Source of the DNA: an uncultured Candidatus Rokubacteria bacterium
Lineage (GTDB): Bacteria > Methylomirabilota > Methylomirabilia > Rokubacteriales > DASRDR01
Length of the DNA: 64,000 bases
Direction of reading: 5' to 3'
NCBI GenBank assembly: GCA_963805625.1
Contig: CAWDVE010000021.1
Location: forward strand, 1 to 64,000
Below are positions 59,324-64,000 of the stretch, one piece after another. The notes below the pieces were generated by a model. The model ran no database searches, was not told where the DNA came from, and was given only the letters and a program-made list of their open reading frames with translations. The position numbers were made by a program, and so were the translations under genes. Each line of letters opens with the position of its first letter. The first letter of the stretch is position 1.

Positions 59324-60154
59324 GTGCGCGGTCGGCTGGGGCGCTGGCTCCTTCTCGTCCCCGTGCTCGCCTACACCGTCTTCTCCGCGGGGCCGTACGT
59401 CTGGACGGCGATGATGTCCCTCCGCACGACGGACGAGATCTACCGCAGTCACTACGGCCTGCCGCTCCCCGCCCACTGGGCCAAGTATCATCGGGCCTGG
59501 ACCGAGTTCGGCTACGCGACCTACTTCCGGAACAGTGCGATCGTGACCGTCGCGGCCGTCACCCTGGTGACCGGGCTGGGGGCGATGGCCGCCTTTGCCT
59601 TCGCGCGGCGCCGCTACGCGTTCCCGGGGCGCGAACCCCTCTTCTTGCTCGTGTTCCTCTCCATCATGTTTCCGCCCCAGATCATGCTGCTGGCGCTCTT
59701 CCAGATCCTGGTCCAGTACAAGCTCTTCAACACGCTCACCGGGCTCGTCCTGGTCTACGCCGCAACGGAGCTGCCGCTCACGATCTACCTCCTGCGCGCC
59801 TTCTTCGCCCAGATCCCGACCGAGCTCGAGGAGGCGGCCCGGATCGACGGCTGCAGCGACTGGAATCTCTTCTGGCGAGTCATGCTGCCGATGGCGCTTC
59901 CCGCCGTCGCCACCACCGTGATCCTGAACTTCATCTACTTCTGGAACGAGTTCCTCTACGCCGTCGTCTTCATCACTCGCCAGCAAAGCCGCACCCTGCC
60001 CCTCGCGATCCAGTTCCTCGTGAGCGACCAGTACTTCGACATCGGCATGCTGGCGACCGGGCTTATGATCGCGACCCTGCCCGTACTCGTGCTCTACCTC
60101 TTCCTCTCCGAGTGGTTCGTGAAGGGCATGACCGCGGGGGCGATCAAGGGCTAA
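59324..60154 (+). CDS. Carbohydrate ABC permease
   Basis: EEAARIDGC, WNEFL, GMTAGAIKG. Confidence 0.92.
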   Translation: MRGRLGRWLLLVPVLAYTVFSAGPYVWTAMMSLRTTDEIYRSHYGLPLPAHWAKYHRAWTEFGYATYFRNSAIVTVAAVTLVTGLGAMAAFAFARRRYAFPGREPLFLLVFLSIMFPPQIMLLALFQILVQYKLFNTLTGLVLVYAATELPLTIYLLRAFFAQIPTELEEAARIDGCSDWNLFWRVMLPMALPAVATTVILNFIYFWNEFLYAVVFITRQQSRTLPLAIQFLVSDQYFDIGMLATGLMIATLPVLVLYLFLSEWFVKGMTAGAIKG

Positions 60155-60271
60155 CCCGAGCCGGCCGGCCGGACTCGACCGGAGCGCGATGTGCGTCGAT
60201 TCCGGCACCTGTCGGGTATAGTGGACCCATGATGACCTCTGGATTCGCCGCCAGGAGCGAGCTGACCACGC

Positions 60272-61789
60272 GTGGCATCGCGCAGGCCGGACGCTGACCC
60301 CGCCGCCCCCGGCGGGGGGGGCCCCACGCGGCGCCTCGACGGACTTCGGAGGGGAACGCTGACGGTCGCGACGCTTCTCCTCCTCTTCCTCGCCTGGACA
60401 CCGATTCCCTCCCACGCCGCCCAGCCGGCCGACGTCCTGAGCACCGTGGAGAAGCGGGCGAAGGGTGATCTGGACCAGATGCTCGCGAGGCGGCGGATCC
60501 GCGTCCTCCTCGTCTACAGCAAGACCTTCTACTTCCTCGACCGGGGGCGCCAACGCGGGGCGACCTACGACCTGGCGCGAGCCTTCGAAGATGACCTCAA
60601 CCGCCGTCTGAAGACGGGGACCCTCAGGGTGAACGTGGTCTTCATCCCGGTGAGCCGGGATGAGCTGCTCCCGGGGCTGGTGGAAGGCCGCGGCGACATC
60701 GCGGCCGCCAACCTGACGATCACCGACGAACGTCGCCAGCAGGTCGACTTCTCGGACCCGCTCGGCACAGGGGTGAGCGAGATCGTCGTGACCGGCCCGT
60801 CATCACCGCCGATCGAGCGCGCCCAGGACCTGGCCGGCCAGGAGGTCTTCGTCCGCAAGTCGAGCAGCTATCACGAGAGCCTGCTGCGCCTGAATTCGGA
60901 GCTCAACCAAGCGGGCAAACCGGCCGTCCGCCTCAAGCTCGCGCCCGAGACTCTCGAAGATGAAGATCTCCTCGAGATGGTGAACGCGGGACTCGTCCGA
61001 TTCGTCGTGGTCGACAACCACAAGGCCGAGTTCTGGGCCCAGATCTTTCCCAAGATCCGTCTCCATCCGGACGCGACCGTCCGAACAGGGGGCGACATCG
61101 CGTGGGCCTTCCGGAAGAACAGCCCCAAGCTCCGCGCGGCCGTGAACCGCTTCATCGCCACGCACAAGGTCGGCACGTCCTTCGGCAACCAGACCTTCAA
61201 CCGATACCTGCGCAGCGCCAAGTACGTCCGGAACTCGCTCGCGCCGGAGGAGGTCGCGAAGTACGAGCGCACGGTCACGCTCTTCCGAAAGTACGGCGAC
61301 CGCTACGGCTTCGACGCGCTCATGCTCACGGCGCAGGGCTACCAGGAGTCCCAGCTCGACAACCAGCGACGCAGCCACGCGGGCGCGGTCGGGGTCATGC
61401 AGGTCCTGCCCGCAACGGGCAAGGAGATGCAGGTCGGGGACGTCCGCCAGCTCGACCCGAACATCCACGCCGGGACCAAGTACCTCCGGTTCATGACGGA
61501 TCGCTACTTCAAGGACGCTCCGATGGATCCCGTGGACAAGATGCTTTTCGCCTTCGCGTCGTACAACGCGGGCCCCGCCAAGATCGCGCGGCTCCGCAAG
61601 GAGGCCAAGCAGGCCGGGCTCGACCCGAATAGATGGTTCAACCACGTCGAGCGGATCGCGGCCAAGCGGATCGGCCGCGAGACGGTCCAGTACGTGAGCA
61701 ACATCTTCAAGTACTACGTCGCCTACCGGCTCCTCGAGGACGAACGGCAAGAACGGGAGCTTGCGAAGCAGCAGAAGCCCGCCGGCTAG
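60272..61789 (+). CDS. MltF-like protein (solute-binding domain + SLT domain)
   Basis: GDIAAANLTIT, AQGYQES, GAVGVMQ, ASYNAG, ETVQYV. Confidence 0.88.
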   Translation: MASRRPDADPAAPGGGGPTRRLDGLRRGTLTVATLLLLFLAWTPIPSHAAQPADVLSTVEKRAKGDLDQMLARRRIRVLLVYSKTFYFLDRGRQRGATYDLARAFEDDLNRRLKTGTLRVNVVFIPVSRDELLPGLVEGRGDIAAANLTITDERRQQVDFSDPLGTGVSEIVVTGPSSPPIERAQDLAGQEVFVRKSSSYHESLLRLNSELNQAGKPAVRLKLAPETLEDEDLLEMVNAGLVRFVVVDNHKAEFWAQIFPKIRLHPDATVRTGGDIAWAFRKNSPKLRAAVNRFIATHKVGTSFGNQTFNRYLRSAKYVRNSLAPEEVAKYERTVTLFRKYGDRYGFDALMLTAQGYQESQLDNQRRSHAGAVGVMQVLPATGKEMQVGDVRQLDPNIHAGTKYLRFMTDRYFKDAPMDPVDKMLFAFASYNAGPAKIARLRKEAKQAGLDPNRWFNHVERIAAKRIGRETVQYVSNIFKYYVAYRLLEDERQERELAKQQKPAG

Positions 61790-61817
61790 GGCACGCCCGG
61801 GCTATAATCCCCGCGTC

Positions 61818-63281
61818 ATGGCCCACGACCTCGTCGTGCGGGACGGCACCGTCGTCACCGCGACCGAGACGCTCCGGTGCGACGTCGGCATCGACGGGGG
61901 CCGGATCACGGCGCTGGGCGGGGCGCTGCCACCCGGGCGCCGGGAGCTCGACGCACGCGGCCTCTACGTCCTCCCGGGTGGCATCGACAGTCACGTCCAC
62001 CTCGAGCAGCTCTCCTCGGCCGGCGTCATGTGCGCGGACGACTTCCACTCGGGCACGGTCTCTGCGGCCTTCGGCGGCACCACGACCGTGGTGCCCTTCG
62101 CCGCGCAGCACCGCGGCATGAAGCTCCGCGCAGTCGTCGAGGACTACCATCGCCGGGCCAGCGAGAAGGCGGTGATCGACTACGCCTTTCACCTGATCGT
62201 CACCGACCCGACCGAGGAGGCGCTCCAGGAGGATCTGCCCCGGCTCGTCGCGGACGGGATCACCTCGCTCAAGGTCTACATGACCTACGACCGTCTCCGC
62301 GTCGGGGACGAGCAGCTGCTCGACATCCTGGCCGCGGCCCGGCGGCTCGGCGCCCTCACCATGATCCACGCCGAGAACCACGGCATGATCGCGTGGCTGT
62401 CGAGTCGGCTCGTCCGCGCCGGTGCGACCGCCCCGCGCTACCATGCGATCGCGCACCCGCGCCTGGCGGAGGGCGAGGCGGTCCAGCGCGCGATCGCCCT
62501 GGCGGAGCTGGTCGACGTGCCGATCCTGATCGTCCACGTGTCGGACGCGGCAGGGGCGAGTGCGATCCACCAGGCGCAGACGCGCGGGCTCCGCGTCTAC
62601 GGCGAGACGTGCCCGCAGTACCTCTTCCTCACGGCCGATGACCTTGACCGCCCCGGCCTCGAGGGCGCGAAGTACGGCTGTAGCCCCCCGCCCCGCGACC
62701 GGGCCTCTCACGAGGCGATCTGGGGCGGGCTCGCCAACGGCACGTTCCAGGCCTTCTCGTCCGATCACGCGCCCTACCGGTTCGACGAATCGGGCAAGCT
62801 CCCGAAGGGCGATCGGACGACGTTCAAGGACATGGCCAACGGGGTACCCGGGATCGAGCTCCGGCTCCCGCTGCTCTTCTCGGAGGGGGTCGGCCCGGGC
62901 CGGCTCTCGCTCAACGAGTTCGTGGCCCTCGGCGCGACCAACCATGCCAAGCTCTACGGGCTCTACCCCCGCAAGGGGACGATCACCCTCGGCGGGGACG
63001 CGGATCTCGCCCTTTGGGATCCGGAGCGCCGGGTCCGCGTCACCGCGACCATGCTCCACGACCGGGTGGGTTACACCCCGTACGAGGGGCGCGAGCTCTC
63101 GGGGTGGCCGGTCACGGTGATCTCGCGAGGGCGCGTCGTCGTCCAGGATGGCCGGCTCCAGGCAGAGCCCGGCACCGGGCAGTTCGTGCCGTCCGCGCCC
63201 TCGGACTGGGCGCGCCCACGCGGGGTGGCCGTGCCGGAGCTCGAACGGCTCCGCGAGCTCGGCCCCGCCCTCGATCTCTAG
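61818..63281 (+). CDS. hydA: Dihydropyrimidinase / D-hydantoinase
   Basis: PGGIDSHVH, GGTTT, KVYMTY, HAEN, ETCPQYL, SSDHAP. Confidence 0.92.
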   Translation: MAHDLVVRDGTVVTATETLRCDVGIDGGRITALGGALPPGRRELDARGLYVLPGGIDSHVHLEQLSSAGVMCADDFHSGTVSAAFGGTTTVVPFAAQHRGMKLRAVVEDYHRRASEKAVIDYAFHLIVTDPTEEALQEDLPRLVADGITSLKVYMTYDRLRVGDEQLLDILAAARRLGALTMIHAENHGMIAWLSSRLVRAGATAPRYHAIAHPRLAEGEAVQRAIALAELVDVPILIVHVSDAAGASAIHQAQTRGLRVYGETCPQYLFLTADDLDRPGLEGAKYGCSPPPRDRASHEAIWGGLANGTFQAFSSDHAPYRFDESGKLPKGDRTTFKDMANGVPGIELRLPLLFSEGVGPGRLSLNEFVALGATNHAKLYGLYPRKGTITLGGDADLALWDPERRVRVTATMLHDRVGYTPYEGRELSGWPVTVISRGRVVVQDGRLQAEPGTGQFVPSAPSDWARPRGVAVPELERLRELGPALDL

Positions 63282-63493
63282 GCGCGCGAGGCGGCGGAAC
63301 GCCCCGGGCGCTCAATCAGGCAAGGAACGGGTAGTACAGGACCGCACCGTACAGGAGCGTCGCGATGACCGGCCCCGAATACAGGCGCCAGGGCTCGGCG
63401 AAGTCGGCGCTCTTCGGATCGTCGGGATCGTAGCCGCCCGGCTCGCAGTAGCGATCAGGAGCCGGACCCAGTCCCGGGTCCGCAGCGAGAGTG

Positions 63494-64000
63494 CTACCCG
63501 GCCGTGGCGCGCCGGCGGACCTCGGGCAGCACCTCGCGCCCGAGAAGCTCGAGGCCGGCGAGGATGTCGTCCTGAGGCATCCCGGGCCAGCTGACACGCA
63601 TGGTGGCATGGGTCACTCCGGCCCGGTGCTGAGCCAGGAGCGCGTCGACCACCTGCGGCGGTGACCCGATCGCGAAGCGATTCGCCGCCAGGCGGCGGAG
63701 CTGGGCCTCCGGGGCGGCGCCCGGTTCGAGGGTGATGCCGGGGATCCCCCAGGCAAGGTACGCGGCGTACTTCGTGAGGAGGAAGGGGGCCACCCGGCGA
63801 ATCGCGGTCGCCTCGTCGGGCGCGCACGCCACCTCGAGCAGGCGGCAGACGTGCCGGCTGGGCGGCAGGCCCGCCGCGACCCGGGCGCCGGCGAAGGCGG
63901 CGGCCTGCGTCGCGAACTCGTCCACCGTCGGCACCGGGACCACCATCCAGCCGTCGGCGATGCGAGCCGCTCGCGCGATCCCGGTGGGCACCTGCGAGCC
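63494..64000 (-). CDS. LLM-class flavin-dependent oxidoreductase, C-terminal part
   Basis: RAARIADGW, FAIGSP, LELLGREVLP. Confidence 0.8.
   Translation of the reverse strand, partial: GSQVPTGIARAARIADGWMVVPVPTVDEFATQAAAFAGARVAAGLPPSRHVCRLLEVACAPDEATAIRRVAPFLLTKYAAYLAWGIPGITLEPGAAPEAQLRRLAANRFAIGSPPQVVDALLAQHRAGVTHATMRVSWPGMPQDDILAGLELLGREVLPEVRRRATAG

Noticed and set aside
63316-63480. Small membrane peptide ORF between hydA and the LLM gene
   Set aside because: No clear start/RBS or recognisable family.
1-64000. CRISPR array, cas genes, rRNA, retron/RT
   Set aside because: No regularly spaced repeat-spacer array and no recognisable cas, RT or rRNA motifs. The PD-(D/E)XK protein at 48392 has no cas context.

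Overview
High-GC bacterial window; the gene families suggest Methylomirabilota/Rokubacteria, but that is inference only. It has two parts. (1) 1-~19.4 kb is an accessory, partly decayed zone around a tRNA-Val(TAC) at 14215-14290 (-). On the tRNA 3' side is a compact integrative element: tyrosine integrase, two Xis-like HTH genes, an AAA_25 helicase-like ATPase followed by paired palindromes, DUF3800, a CGNR Zn-finger and three secreted cargo proteins including a Rap1a-like one. Further left are orphan solute-binding proteins and a DDE transposase with doubled inverted repeats. On the tRNA 5' side are a second integrase remnant and many small or broken genes. A leader+signal-peptide module occurs three times and a small Cys-rich gene twice across this zone. 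(2) ~19.4-64 kb is mostly core genes: comEA-like/comEC, a stand-alone divergent rpoA, mltG, plsC, argH, dapAB, folBK, ECF sigma/anti-sigma, peptide and sugar ABC components, an RNase/barstar pair with a HerA-like ATPase, 5-aminolevulinate synthase, a CoA-transferase III, a squalene/phytoene synthase, M23 peptidase, PAC2, an MltF-like protein and hydA. Best leads: a UGA-recoded D-U-G-S-C selenoprotein with a SECIS-like hairpin that the ORF track splits, the orphan divergent RNA polymerase alpha gene, the doubly targeted tRNA, and the reused leader/signal module. No CRISPR array or rRNA was seen. All family calls come from recognising motifs by eye, not from searches.
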